Source: Octopus vulgaris
Taxonomy: Eukaryota
DNA length: 64,000 nucleotides
Assembly: GCA_951406725.2 (NCBI GenBank)
Contig: OX597831.1
Coordinates: 1,550,001-1,614,000, forward strand
Reading direction: 5' to 3'
Made by a program: the position numbers and the translations under genes. Below the pieces are notes generated by a model. That model was given only the letters and a program-made list of their open reading frames with translations, did not search any database and was not told the DNA's origin. Of the stretch, positions 40,172 through 51,845 are shown in pieces (the stretch's first letter is position 1; the number at the start of each line of letters is the position of its first letter).

Positions 40172-41070
40172 AGTAACCGGGGTAAAATGAGTAATTTCTG
40201 ATTTCGTTATTTTCTCCCTACCTGTTTGAAATAATTACATTGCAAGTACTGCACCATAACTTAGTCAGCATAGTTGTTATTGTTGTTAAAGCTGAAAGTT
40301 TTTGAACATAGGTGACAGGTACTTTTTTTTTTCAAGAAATTTTTCTTCAGCTTTGACCCAATCGTAATTGAGGTTACTAATATAACATCTGGATGATTTT
40401 TGGTATTTAACAATCAATATTCTTTTCTCTGTTGGATTCCAAGTCATTTGTTTCCACCTTAATGTCTAATTTCATAATTTTCAATTTAAAAAAAAAAGAG
40501 AAAAAGAAAAATGTCTAAAATGGGGTAAAATGAGTAATGACTATTTTAAATAATTTCTTCTCTTAATGGTTCGTAAATATGTCGGGAACAGCTATTCCAG
40601 CAGTTAGTAAAGAAACTATAGAGAATATTTTATGTTGAGGTTTCTGATTTAGTTGAGTCTTGTTAATTTCGTATCATGTGCCGTTTTACCACGATCCTCT
40701 GTCATTTGACCTGGATATTTAAAATTTTTGATGCACTTCTCATCTTTCTGATGTCTAAGGATGGAGATTGTTGTACACGAGTCTGTTTTCAAATGTAATT
40801 CTGGAGAATTGAAGAGGCAAAAATTTACCTTATCATGGTCTACTCATTTTATCCCAGCTAAATTTATCTTTTATATGCTCAAAGGGAACTGACAGTTTTC
40901 TGAAATAATGTTCTGAATGTGTGACAGTGTTTTTAATGCATTTAGAAAAGATCATTTGCTTAGCTGATATAGTTTTTGTAAGGTAGTGAACATTTGTAAA
41001 AATATATATATATATATATTGTCTCAAAGTCAAAAATACATAAAAACACCTCATTTAGCCCCCTCACTTA
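40172..41070. mobile_element. Non-autonomous DNA transposon (pogo/Tc1-like) with paired subterminal repeats
   Basis: GGGGTAAAATGAGTA at about 40179 and 40521, inverted copies at about 40841 and 41050. Confidence 0.55.
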
Positions 41071-41257
41071 CACACACATACGTGTGTATGTCCCCATATT
41101 TGCCCCCACCGCCTCTTGAAAATCGGTATCGGTGTGCCTATGTCCTTGTAACTTAGCGATTCGCCAACAGCTTAAGAAAAATAAATACTAGTGTTAATTC
41201 GTTCGATTAAAATTCTTGTATGATATATATTATATAAGTATTTGATTTTATGTCAAA

Positions 41258-41640
41258 TCTTTATATATAAAAGTGAAGTTGTGTGTCTGTCTCCTACGAT
41301 TTAGATTCCTAACTACTCCCACATTTTGCGGTGCAGTTTAACCAAAACCGGGTATCTTATAGTCGTGATTCATATCGAGCCCTTCTGGGTATTAGCGCGC
41401 GTCTACGATGAGTCTATGATTTTAAAAAAATTACCATCATTTTTCCATTTTAATGCATTTTTTCGCTATTATATAAGGGAAGTAACTCTCTAAAAATGTC
41501 TACGATGAGTCAACGATTTAAAAAAAAATTTACCATAATTTTTTTCCCATTTTTAATGCATTTTTTTGCTATAACTCTCTAAAAATGCTTATATAGTTAT
41601 TTCCCTTACAAACCCGAGCAACGCCGGGCGATACTGCTAG
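41258..41640 (+). mobile_element. Non-autonomous Helitron
   Basis: A|TC 5' end, 3' hairpin CCCGagcaacgcCGGG then CTAG|T, no TSD. Confidence 0.8.
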
Positions 41641-42219
41641 TTGTATATAAAAAACTATCTTAACATTAAACTGAAACTAGTCTGTAAATGCCAGACCGGC
41701 AAGGGGAAGCGACTGACCTCGCCTGTTCAAAGGTTATAATGGACACTGGTTCGTGTGTCACATAGCTAGCTAGAGGCGATGGCCTCTTGGAGCTAATCAA
41801 CGGCAGCATTCATCCTATTTTTCTGGACTGCCATGTTGGCTTGTAGCTATTAATATTTTATTTTTTGCTTCACCACATAATCATTTCTAGTTTACTAATA
41901 ATAAATTCTTTTAACACCAATTTAGCCACTGTGTTTTATAGTAGAAATAATATCTTTGAATTATCCCATCTTGAGCAGTTTTATTTTCACAACACCAATA
42001 AAAGTACAATATTCTATATATTTATTTTGAGATTTATTCATAACTTTTTTTTTTAGCAAGTATGGAGAAGACTATACTTTAATGATGAGGTCAGAATAAT
42101 GTTGAAATACATTCAAAGTTACCTAGTAGTTTTTCCTGACATGAATAGATAGTGTTACTGAATCTATACTCAATACTCTACATTGCCTGATCATTCTCAT
42201 GTTTCTTCCTATATTTCAG

Positions 42220-42336
42220 TGGTCAACATCAATTGCTATGTGTGTCACCGTTGTTCATATTTGCTAAACTTCACCATTGACAAGTACAGTGTTGTCTCTG
42301 GCTGCAATAAATGTCAAACAACACTGGATTATAATG
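42220..42336 (+). CDS. Ly6/uPAR three-finger protein, exon 2 (VNINCYVCHRCSYLLNFTIDKYSVVSGCNKCQTTLDYN)
   Basis: tttcAG acceptor, GTAAGA donor, phase 1-1, 117 nt. Starts with the canonical (I/L)xCYxC LU-domain motif and holds 5 Cys. Confidence 0.85.
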
Positions 42337-42990
42337 GTAAGACATTGAAGATCTTTTCTAGATTTCATATATTTTTCTCTTTTCTTTCTGGTGTTTGGAC
42401 AAACTTCATTTATTTATTTCAGAGTGGATATTAAGCAATACACAAACATGATTTTTGTCCTTGGGTAGCAACTGTTATTTTCTATTTGCTTGCCTCTAGA
42501 AAGTATGAAAAATGGTTAATATTTCCTTCAAGCTCTGCTCTTGTTACATTTATTCAAACCCCAAAGAATCCTTCTCAATTCATTGCTTTGATGCTCTCCC
42601 ACTACTCCTCCTCATGATCAGTGATGCGGAAATTGTCAGCCATTAAAGGACATGCTCAAATGGTCATGGCCAATTAACTGATAAGCAAGTCTTTACAGTT
42701 TCTGTTTTCCTACATCGATATTGTTTGCAATATTATATAGCTGATTCAATGTTATGGTATAAGATACATAAGGTGTCTTATACAGTAGGATCAAGTGATT
42801 GTAAAACCAATTTTTAATCACACAACTAGGTCTATACCTACATTAAGATGATGATGATGATGATGATGATAATGATACTTTTTTTTGCTTTGGTGCTTTT
42901 TTTTTTGTTTCTTTTTAATAGCATTTTTAGATCAATCTATTTGTGGAAGAGGAGTGGCAAAATTGTTAGAGTATTGGGCAAAATGCCTTG

Positions 42991-43515
42991 TATTAGGTTG
43001 CAAAGAAAGTTTTTAGCATTTTTTAAAATGCAAAAAGGGATGTAACTAATTGACCTTTCAATACATTTTATTTAATGAAATAAATTCCATTATTATTAAT
43101 GACATTTGTCCATCTGTCAGGCAACTTAAATATACCATCAGCATAAAATTTGACTGGTTTTGAAGAAAAAAGTTATCTAGATGCATTTTAACTCCATCAT
43201 AAATGTTTTCCCTTGCAATGAGTTCTGTAGAGACAAAAATAAGTGGTAGTTGGATGGTGCAATATCAGGAGAATATGGTGATGGGGCAAGAGATCCCAGC
43301 CAAGTTCATGTAACTTTATTTGGGTAGCCAAAGACATGTGGTCAGGCATTGTCTTGTTGGAACACTACCCCTTTCCTGTTGGCAATCTATGGCCTCAATT
43401 CTTTGATTTTTTAGTTCAAATTAGCTGATGATAGTACACATCAGAATTAATGGTCTGGTTTTGTGGCAGCTCATAATAAATAATGCCTTTATGATCCCAC
43501 CAAACACAAAACATA
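42991..43515 (-). mobile_element. mariner transposon relic (catalytic C-terminus plus TIR) in intron 2 of the three-finger gene
   Basis: GVVFQQDNA and YSPDIAPSNYHLF motifs. TA-TTAGGTTG terminus. Confidence 0.88.
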
Positions 43516-43709
43516 GCTGTTAAAGCAGTTTTTGCTCCAGGTCTTTACATTTTCAGTTCAAATCCTGTTAAGATTAACTTTACCTTTTGTCGCTCTGTAG
43601 TCAAGGTTACGACATGTTGAGATATATATTCACATATTGACTGAAATATAATTTAACTAATTGGATAACATTTCTTTACAAGCTTGATTACTTTTATTAT
43701 TATTTTCAG

Positions 43710-43945
43710 ATCCTTTGAAAGCTGATCGCAGATGTGTCACTCCTGAACAAGAAAAGTACTTCGATCTTTTAGATATAAATTACCAGGAAGGATGTCGCAA
43801 TATTAGCCAAATTCCAACTGTTGAAGAACCTAAATTCTATTGCTTTTGTTTGGAAAATCTTTGCAACAGAGCTTCAAAAGGAAAATTTGACATCCTATCG
43901 CTGAAATTTTCCTTTTTATTCTTATTATTCTATATCTTATTTTAG
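43710..43945 (+). CDS. Ly6/uPAR three-finger protein, exon 3 (DPLKADRRC...EGC...YCFCLENLCN + hydrophobic GPI-type tail)
   Basis: ttttcAG acceptor in phase 1, 5 Cys with terminal CxCxxNLCN, then RASKG and the hydrophobic C-terminus FSFLFLLFYILF*. Confidence 0.87.
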
Positions 43946-45379
43946 TTATCCAGTCACCCATGAAGAATGATTCTTTATATTATGCAATCCACAAGTATTC
44001 CCATCTTCCAAACTACAGCTGATCCTTCTTTTGGTCATTTACACAAAGGATCTCTGTAAACTTTGTGGAATTTACCTTTCCCCCACTTTCTTAATGATGA
44101 TGGCTTTATAAGAAGTTCTCCCATGGAGAAAGCTATCCCATTTGTTGCTTGCTATACATCATACTCCACACTACACACAAGGGAAATCTTCCTCCATCAA
44201 ACTGACCACCATATATACATACATGCCAAGTGTGAAAATACCTTCAGTCATTTCAGACCAACAAGGATACCTGCTCTGGCAATGCTCTCTATTATCTTGA
44301 AATAATACACCCTCCAACTTGCACCAAACACTTCAATCTCTCTCTTTCTCTCCCTTGGGGAATATCCCAATCTTTGGACATAGTGTTCTATACCACTTTG
44401 TTCAAAGCCTCCCTTGACGTCAAGTGGCCTGAACTCTTTACATGAACACCACCCTGTACTTAACTCCATGTCCCCCTACATGGCCTTGCTATTTGCTTTT
44501 GAGCCAAATTAACTAACTAACTAACTAACTAACTAACATACCCAAGAAACATAATACTTCTGGTTCTGATTCTGCTAACTACCATCATATTGAACCCATT
44601 TCAAACAACTTAATGGTGATGGAAAAGCCCATTAACAGCAACGTGTATCTCTCTCCTGCCTTACTCATCACCGGTATGGCTTCCCTAGTTTTTTCCATTA
44701 TAAACACAATGACCTAACATATCTATTTGAGAAATTTAATTCCAGGATTCCCAGTATAGCAGAAACGTTGCATTTATGAAAATTTTGCATAAGCAGGTGT
44801 TCTATAATGCAAAACATTTTTTGTTTGACTTCCATATACATGGAATCAATAGGTAAATTAATTTTGCATTAAAGAACTTCAGATTACAAGATTTTTTTTG
44901 TTAAATACAATGCCTCCTGTATAAGATAACCATGTTTAACATTATATGAACTTAGTAATTTTGAGAGATATGAAGTAAATTATTCTTAACAGTGGAATTT
45001 GAAATAGGTAAAGCCGTAAATAACAGTATGGAGGATATTAGGTTAAAAATAAAACCCTTGGATAATGGAAAAAGTTGAAGGATGCTCTTCAACATTTTCT
45101 ATCCAGTGAGTTTTTTAACAAAATATCCTATAAGTTATTCTTTATACTTTCATCTACTTTGGGTTCCACTGTTAAAAATAACCATAGTCAAACTGGGGGG
45201 AAATGAGATAGTCTAGTATTTGAGGATAAGAAAAAAACTAACGCAAACATGAAAATGAAGATATTGAAGACTTAGCCCCAAGGCATCTTATGGTTAGTGT
45301 ATACACTGTATTGTCTGCAATTATGAAACATTGTATGTGTATTGCAACACTGCTACAATATATATAGTTACAAGCATGG

Positions 45380-45730
45380 AGGCATGATGGCTCAGTGGTT
45401 AGGGCAGCGGACTTGTGGTCATAGGATCACAGTTTCAATTCTCAGATCAGGCGTTGTGAGTGTTTACTGAGCAAAAACACCTAAAGCTCCATGAGGGTTT
45501 GGCAGGTGGTAGTAGTGAACCCTGCTGTACTCTTTCATGTTTCTGTTGTACCTGTATTTCAGAGGGCCAGCCTTGTCACACTCTGTGTCACGCTGAATCT
45601 CCCCAAGAACTACGTTAAGGGTACATGTGTCTGTGGAGTGCTCAGCCACTTGCGCATTAATTTCACGAGCAGGTTGTTCCGTTAATCAGATCAACTGGAA
45701 CCTTCGTCAGTATAACTGATGGAGTGCCGA
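45380..45730 (+). mobile_element. tRNA-derived SINE (family E)
   Basis: TGGCTCAGTGGTTAG A-box and degenerate B-box, followed by a non-tRNA body. Confidence 0.7.
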
Positions 45731-46206
45731 AGAAGATATTTACAAGCAGTGGGAAGCTAAATCAAAGAAAATGATTGGAGTTATTTGGGGAAACCAGGTG
45801 ATCAATCAGATTTTGATGGATTTTTTAAAGCGATAAACTCATTAAATGAATAATGACTATTGATTTTTAATGTTTGTATTTTAGTTCTTTTATTTTTGTT
45901 GTATATATTTATGCCTTTTCAAGTTCGTTTTTAACCCCATAACATCGGTTTTACCAAAATTTCCTCTCTCTTTAGGGTTATATCCCACCTAATCTTTGGA
46001 AACGTGTGTCCTATCCCAAAGAAAAGCAACACTTATGATCCTTATATGACAGTGGTACTATTATTTGCAATTTTCATGCAATGACAGGATGAGAAGGCAC
46101 AAATACACACACACTCACATTTATACGTGTTTGTGTATATACATGTGTTTATGTGTGTGTATGCATATATATACATACACATATATATATATATGTGTGT
46201 GTGTGA

Positions 46207-46525
46207 AGGCGCATGGCTCAATGGTTAGAGCATCGAGCTTACGATCGTGAGGTTGAGTTCGAATCCTGGACCAGGCTGCGTGTTGTGTTCTTGAGCAAGA
46301 TACTTTATTTCACGTTGCTCCTGTTCACTCAGCTGTAGAAATGAGTTGCGACATCACAGGTGCCAAGCTGTATCGGTCTTTGCCTTTCCCTTGGATAATA
46401 CTGGTGGCGTGGAGAGGGGAAGCCGGTATGCATGGGCGACTGCTGGTCTTCCATAAACAACCTCACCTGGGAGGGTAACTTTCTAAGTGCAATCCCATGG
46501 TCAGTCATGACCAGAGGAGATCTCA

Positions 46526-46530
<5 letters not shown>
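46207..46530 (+). mobile_element. tRNA-derived SINE (family D); second copy at about 51950-52255(-)
   Basis: TGGCTCAATGG A-box, GTTCGAATCC B-box, CORE-like gttcttgagcaagatactt. Confidence 0.8.
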
Positions 46531-46562
<32 letters not shown>

Positions 46563-47957
46563 ATGGGCTTCTTTCAGCTTCTGTCTACCAAATCTACTAA
46601 CATGGCTTTAGTCATTGTGGGGCTATCAGCCTATCACATTCATTTCCAGTACTTAATGTTGATGGAAACAGCCATTAATAGCAATATGAATCTCTCCTGC
46701 CTTACTCATCTCTAATATGACTTTCATGAAACCAGATTTATTGAAAACTTATCTCCTATGTTATTCACCAGTGAACCCCTTCTTTTGAGAATTTTGGTGA
46801 AACAGTATTGTTACACTTGACATTAGCAGATCAGTAATGCATTCAAGCCATGTCTTTTATATGCAAATCATCTGAAAAAACTGTCCACCTGCAGGCTTCA
46901 TTTCTTTCTCACATTAGTGACCTCCCAGCAGATTGCACCATTGTTGGTTGTGTTTTATCAAACCTTGTGTAACCTTAAGGTTCAGTTTTGCTCCATAACA
47001 CTTTTCCTCTGGCACATCAATGACTTACCGTCAACTCCAACAATGCCCACCCCCACACAGCTGATGCTACACTTCATTTCTTTCTAACCTTCTGAATCTA
47101 ACAGCAGATGACATTTACTTCTATTTTATCTCAACAGACTACTGTATGCCTCTTTAATTTAGCTCCCTAATAAATTATTGTAGGTCCCTTTTGTTCAATT
47201 CCCCAACAGACTACTATGTTCCTTTATTTTATCTTCCCAACAATCTACTGTTTGTCTCTTTAACTCCCTGATAAATTACTGCATGTCCCTTTAGTTTGAC
47301 TCCCTAAGAGACTCTTGTAAGTAACATGAGTTCAATAACCAGCATACTGCTATATTTACTAAGTTAAGTAAAATTTATTCAGTAGTTAATACATGGGAAA
47401 ATGACAGACTTGAAATGAGATATTTTAAGCTGACAAGGAATTCTATCTCACACTATGGCATGTTAGGAATGAATCTTCTGTAACCCAAAAGTAGACAATG
47501 CCCTGTGTGTGGACAGGATGGATGGAAACTGTATGGAAGCCTGTCATATATATAATAAATATCTATGTCTGTGTAGGCATGGCCATGTGTCTCTGTTTGA
47601 GTGTTTATGGTCTCTCCTTTGCATGAAAGTGCTGAGCTACAAACAGTGTAAGTTAGTGAAATTTCTTGTTCACAAGTTCAGCACTTTCAGATGAGTGAAA
47701 CAAAAGAAGTCCCTTACATGAACAACAGATAAGGGCTAGTAACAAGAACGGTATCAGCTGTAAAATAATACTTCAATAATATGCGTTCATCTTACTCATG
47801 GTACCATAGAAAAGTAAATGCGAAATGAATGAACAGCAGAGATCCAAGTTGGGAACATTATGGTAGTGAATGGGTTAAAATAAAACACCAAAAGTTCTTG
47901 TCTCGGATGCTTTCTCAACCTGACATGTTTCCAAGATACTTCATTTAAAAAATTTTT

Positions 47958-47963
47958 TTTATT
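47958..47963 (-). promoter_or_regulatory. Candidate poly(A) signal AATAAA of TMEM177
   Basis: AATAAA on the minus strand about 30 nt after the stop codon. AT-rich context lowers specificity. Confidence 0.4.
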
Positions 47964-47990
47964 ATTAATTTCAAAATAATTGGATCAACA

Positions 47991-48734
47991 TCAACTCTTC
48001 AGTTTCTCCTCTGATTCTTTAGCGAGAGTTTCCTTCATAAAATCTCTTCGAGCAGTCATTGGTAGAGATTTCATTCGAACAGAAATCTTTGTGTTGCCAA
48101 ATGGTGTGTAAATTTTCTTGCCATCTTCACCAAGCAAAGCATACAATGCTGCGTTTCTTTGCAGCAACAAGTTATAAAATTCTATTCCGCCTTCAATATA
48201 ATCCTTCCCTAATTTTGCAGCTTTCGAATCGGCATGCTGGTCTCTCCGGCGCTGGTAAATATCATGCATAAATAAGTAGCTTCCTAAGGCCATAAAGTAG
48301 AAGGAACTAGCCAGGAAAATCTTGCCAAACCACTTCATCCTATGATTGAGGCGATAAAGGCCATCCATTGCAAAATAAGCACAATAAAATGCACTCATGT
48401 TGAACACCAATAGACTGCAATCAATGGAGATGCTGTGGTCTGCAGCATAATAAATTTCTCGTGCAATAGCAAACTTTTTAGCTTTGTCGCTCATAATTAT
48501 AGAATTTGAAAATTTCTGTCCGTTTTCAGTATTCCAATCAATAGATTTGTTTTTCAGCTTTAGGTGTGTCGTATGGATGTCTGACAATTGTTTGTAGCTG
48601 AAGAAGATCGGGAGGCCGACTATGGCACCACTCTTCATGTTTAAACTACCTTTGTGAATGACGTCCTGGCCATAGTTAACAAACATTTCAAGTCTACTCT
48701 CCAAATGAGGATCAAGGTTTATTTTGAAAAGTGT
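47991..48734 (-). CDS. TMEM177: TMEM177 coding exon 2 (mitochondrial inner-membrane COX2 assembly-associated family)
   Basis: ttacAG acceptor, 247 codons plus TGA. Motifs GAIVGLP, KFAIAREI and GGIEFYxxLLxRNxALxxLLGxDGxKxYTPxGN match TMEM177. Spliced length 306 aa. Confidence 0.93.
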   Translation of the reverse strand, partial: TLFKINLDPHLESRLEMFVNYGQDVIHKGSLNMKSGAIVGLPIFFSYKQLSDIHTTHLKLKNKSIDWNTENGQKFSNSIIMSDKAKKFAIAREIYYAADHSISIDCSLLVFNMSAFYCAYFAMDGLYRLNHRMKWFGKIFLASSFYFMALGSYLFMHDIYQRRRDQHADSKAAKLGKDYIEGGIEFYNLLLQRNAALYALLGEDGKKIYTPFGNTKISVRMKSLPMTARRDFMKETLAKESEEKLKS

Positions 48735-48839
48735 CTGTAAAGACAAAGAAGAGAAATAAAAACATTGAATAAATGCCAAAAAACAACAACAAAACATTTG
48801 AACAAAATAATAATAATAATGATAATAATAATAACTGCT

Positions 48840-49045
48840 TCTATTATAGGCACAAGGCTTACAATTTTGGGGAAGGGTGCAAGTAAATCACATTGACTCA
48901 GTTACTCAACTGGTACTTATTTTATTGACCCCGAAAAGATGGAAGGCAAAGTTGATCTTGGTGGAATTTGAATTCAGAATGTAAAGACGGACAAAACGCA
49001 CTAAGCATTTTGTCCAGCATTCTAATGATTCTGCTAGCTTGCAGC
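48840..49045 (-). mobile_element. SINE family B in the TMEM177 intron
   Basis: Colinear match flanked by (TAA)n. Confidence 0.8.
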
Positions 49046-49499
49046 TTTAATAACAATAATAATAATAATTTATTTTAATTGCCACCAGGGCAAAAGATGA
49101 GGAGGACAATACAAAGACAGGCATAAAGTGTGGAGTTTTACATATAATGAAATGATAGAAAAAGAAGTATATACAGTATACAATAAACCAAAAAGGAAAG
49201 TATACATAATATACGATGGAAAAAAAAAAATGATAGTGGTGTAGTCCTCCTGGTATAGGAGGGCCTCTTAGGATAATTGAGGAACCCCACCATCTACAAT
49301 CTCTCTGAACATCAAGGGCAGAAAAAAGAAAAGAATTCTTTCTAATTTTGAGGGAGGGGATAGTTGATTACATTGACCCCAGTGTTCAACTGGTACTTAT
49401 TTTAATAATAATAATGATGATGATAATAATAGGAAAGAAGATTGCAAAGATAAAGCACTCTACAAGCATTTGAGAATGAATGAAACTGAAAATAGGTGG

Positions 49500-50260
49500 A
49501 TAAAGAAAAGAATGCAGGGACAATTTCATAGGGATGTTGAAGATAGAACAGACAGAAAAAAGATTGGTTCTGATCTGTGCTGCCCAAGAGCAAGCATTAA
49601 TAACCAATTACATTAAATACAGAATAGACAACACATCAGAAAGTGTTAAGTGCAGAATTTGTGGACAAAATGGTGAAACTGTATGGCATATTACCAGTCA
49701 ATGTATACCACTAGCCCAGAAAGAATATAAGAGACATCATAACAACATAGCAAGGATTGTCCATTGGACACTTTGCAACAAGTATGGACTTGACAGAGCA
49801 AAAAAGTGGTACGAACATAAACCCAAAGGCATCATTGAATATGATAATGCAAATATCCAATGGGATTTTATGATTCAGTGTGACCATGAGAGAGAAAAGG
49901 AAACCAGACATTGAGTTAATTGAGAAAGAAAGCAAACAATGCTGGGTCATAGATATAGCATGCCCAGCTGACAACAGGGTATGTAATAAGGAAGAAAGAA
50001 AAGTTGATAGACATGACAGGTTAGCTTGGGAGGTTAAACAATTGTGGTCACTGAAAAAGGTGGTTTTAGAACCAATGATTGTTGGAGCCCTGGGAACAGT
50101 AAGTAAAAATCTTGAGAAATACATGGAACAAATAGGGGCTGCAATAAGGTTGGAGTAATTGCAGAAAACAGCACTGCTTGGAATTGCTTGAATACTCTGG
50201 ATGGTGCTTGAAAACTAAAGAGTATTACCTTAGTTCACTGGTAGTGAACAGCTCACACTC
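49500..50260 (+). mobile_element. Dong/R4-type RLE LINE 3' relic in the TMEM177 intron
   Basis: CCHC knuckle CRICGQNGETVWHITSQC, YKRHHN, RKPDI...IDIACP restriction-like endonuclease, VGALGTV. Confidence 0.88.
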
Positions 50261-50447
50261 CAGCATTAGGCACAAGGCCAGTAATTTTTGTGGGGAGAGA
50301 GAGAGATTAGTGATCCTAGTAATTGATTGGTGTTTTACATTTTTGACTCAATAAGAAAAAGAGGGGAAGGGGAGTGAGTGGAGGAAGAAGAAAAGAAGAG
50401 GAAGAGAAAGAAGAGAACCTAGCTGCAGGTCTTACAGAGAAACCTAC

Positions 50448-50624
50448 CTCTTCTATAAGTTCATTGGTGTCATCGTCTATTGGTTTTGGTTTTGTTGCAT
50501 CATAGAACTGGAAAAATTCTTTGTATTTGGTAATTCCCAAAGTCTCAGGAATGGCTTTGATGACAGCTGTGACGGAGACAACAACTGCAGCAATGGCCTG
50601 GCTGCGAAAAGTATTTGATGCCAT
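50448..50624 (-). CDS. TMEM177: TMEM177 coding exon 1 (MASNTFRSQAIAAVVVSVTAVIKAIPE...ELIEE)
   Basis: aagATGG start with an in-frame TAG just upstream and an acceptor (tttcAG) at 50653-50652. 59 codons, GTAGGT donor, phase 0. Confidence 0.85.
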
Positions 50625-50739
50625 CTTCTAAAGATTCTTGATTTTACTCAGCTGAAATGGTGGAAAGGAAACAGCAATTAAAGATGAAAAAGAAAAAGAA
50701 AAATTGCAGTATCCTCCTCCTCCACCTTCTCCTGGCTGC

Positions 50740-50995
50740 ACCACCACCATTATCAACTTTATCTTCCTCATCACCACCATCATCATCATAACTACCTGTG
50801 TCAGCATCCTCCTCCTCCTCACTACTATTATCAACACCATTGTCATCGTCATCATCACCACCATCATTATTATCAACATCATCATTATCTCTGTATCAAG
50901 TTCAGCACCCTCATCATCATCACCACCACCACCACCATCATCATCATCACCATCACCACCACTATCACCACCATCGTCACTGTCACAGCTATCAT
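50740..50995. repeat. (CAT/CAC)n low-complexity tract upstream of the TMEM177 acceptor
   Basis: Direct inspection. Confidence 0.9.
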
Positions 50996-51440
50996 TATTT
51001 ACACCATTTATAACTAAAATTCATTTCACATTCCATCCTCATCCCCACCTCTGCTTCACCTCACTGCTAACCCCAAGTGCTAAACAAGCCAACAAAGGAG
51101 GTTCTATGAAGCTGCTTGACTTGCTAGAAATAACAGATAAATCTTCCTCAGATCACACCCTACTGTCTTAAGGTGCATGCTGAACAAAAATAGGCCCAGA
51201 TATACAGTCAGAATGGTCATAGTTGGAGCACTTTTGAGCATAAATTTTTTTTTTAAATTTGAGTTTGGTCTGGAGGAAGAGTCTGTGCCTATGGCCTTTG
51301 AAGGCCCTTTGAGACTAGGGGGATTAATGCCGTTAATATTCTTCTTGTTACTGCAAAAGTATGCTAGGAAGGATTACCATAGGCCCAGCTTTCTGCAGAG
51401 GAAGAACTTGGGTTAGTGTGCTTAGTGCAGGGCTGGACAA

Positions 51441-51845
51441 TCATCATCATCATCATCGTTTAACGTCCGCTTTCCATGCTAGCATGGGTTGGACAATTTG
51501 ACTGAGGACTGGCGAACCAGATGGCTGCACCAGGCTCCAATCTGATCTGGCAGAGTTTCTACAGTTGGATGCCCTTCCTAACGCCAACCACTCCAAGAGT
51601 GTAGTGGGTGCGTTTACGTGCCACCGGCACAAGGGCCAGTCTGGTGGTACTGGCAATGGCCACATTCAAGCGGTGTTTTTTATGTGCCACCTGCACAGGA
51701 GTCAGTCCAGCAGCACTGGCAACAACCTCGCTCGAATGTTTTGTTCATGTACCACCGGCACAAGTGCCAGTAAGGCGGCACAAGTGCCAGTAAGGCGACA
51801 CTGGTAACGATCACACTCAAATGGTGCTTTTTACATGCCAAGAAC
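51441..51845 (-). mobile_element. Retroposon family C
   Basis: (CAT)n start, conserved block, tandem gtgccaccggcac units. Confidence 0.8.

Noticed and set aside
46207-46275. tRNA-like sequence with A and B boxes
   Set aside because: Continues into a SINE body with a second copy in the window, and has no proper acceptor stem.
48735-48797. N-terminal extension MFCCCFLAF... of the 268-aa ORF
   Set aside because: Intronic pyrimidine tract upstream of the acceptor.
50628-51171. Poly-His/Pro/Ile ORFs
   Set aside because: (CAT/CAC)n low-complexity intronic tract.
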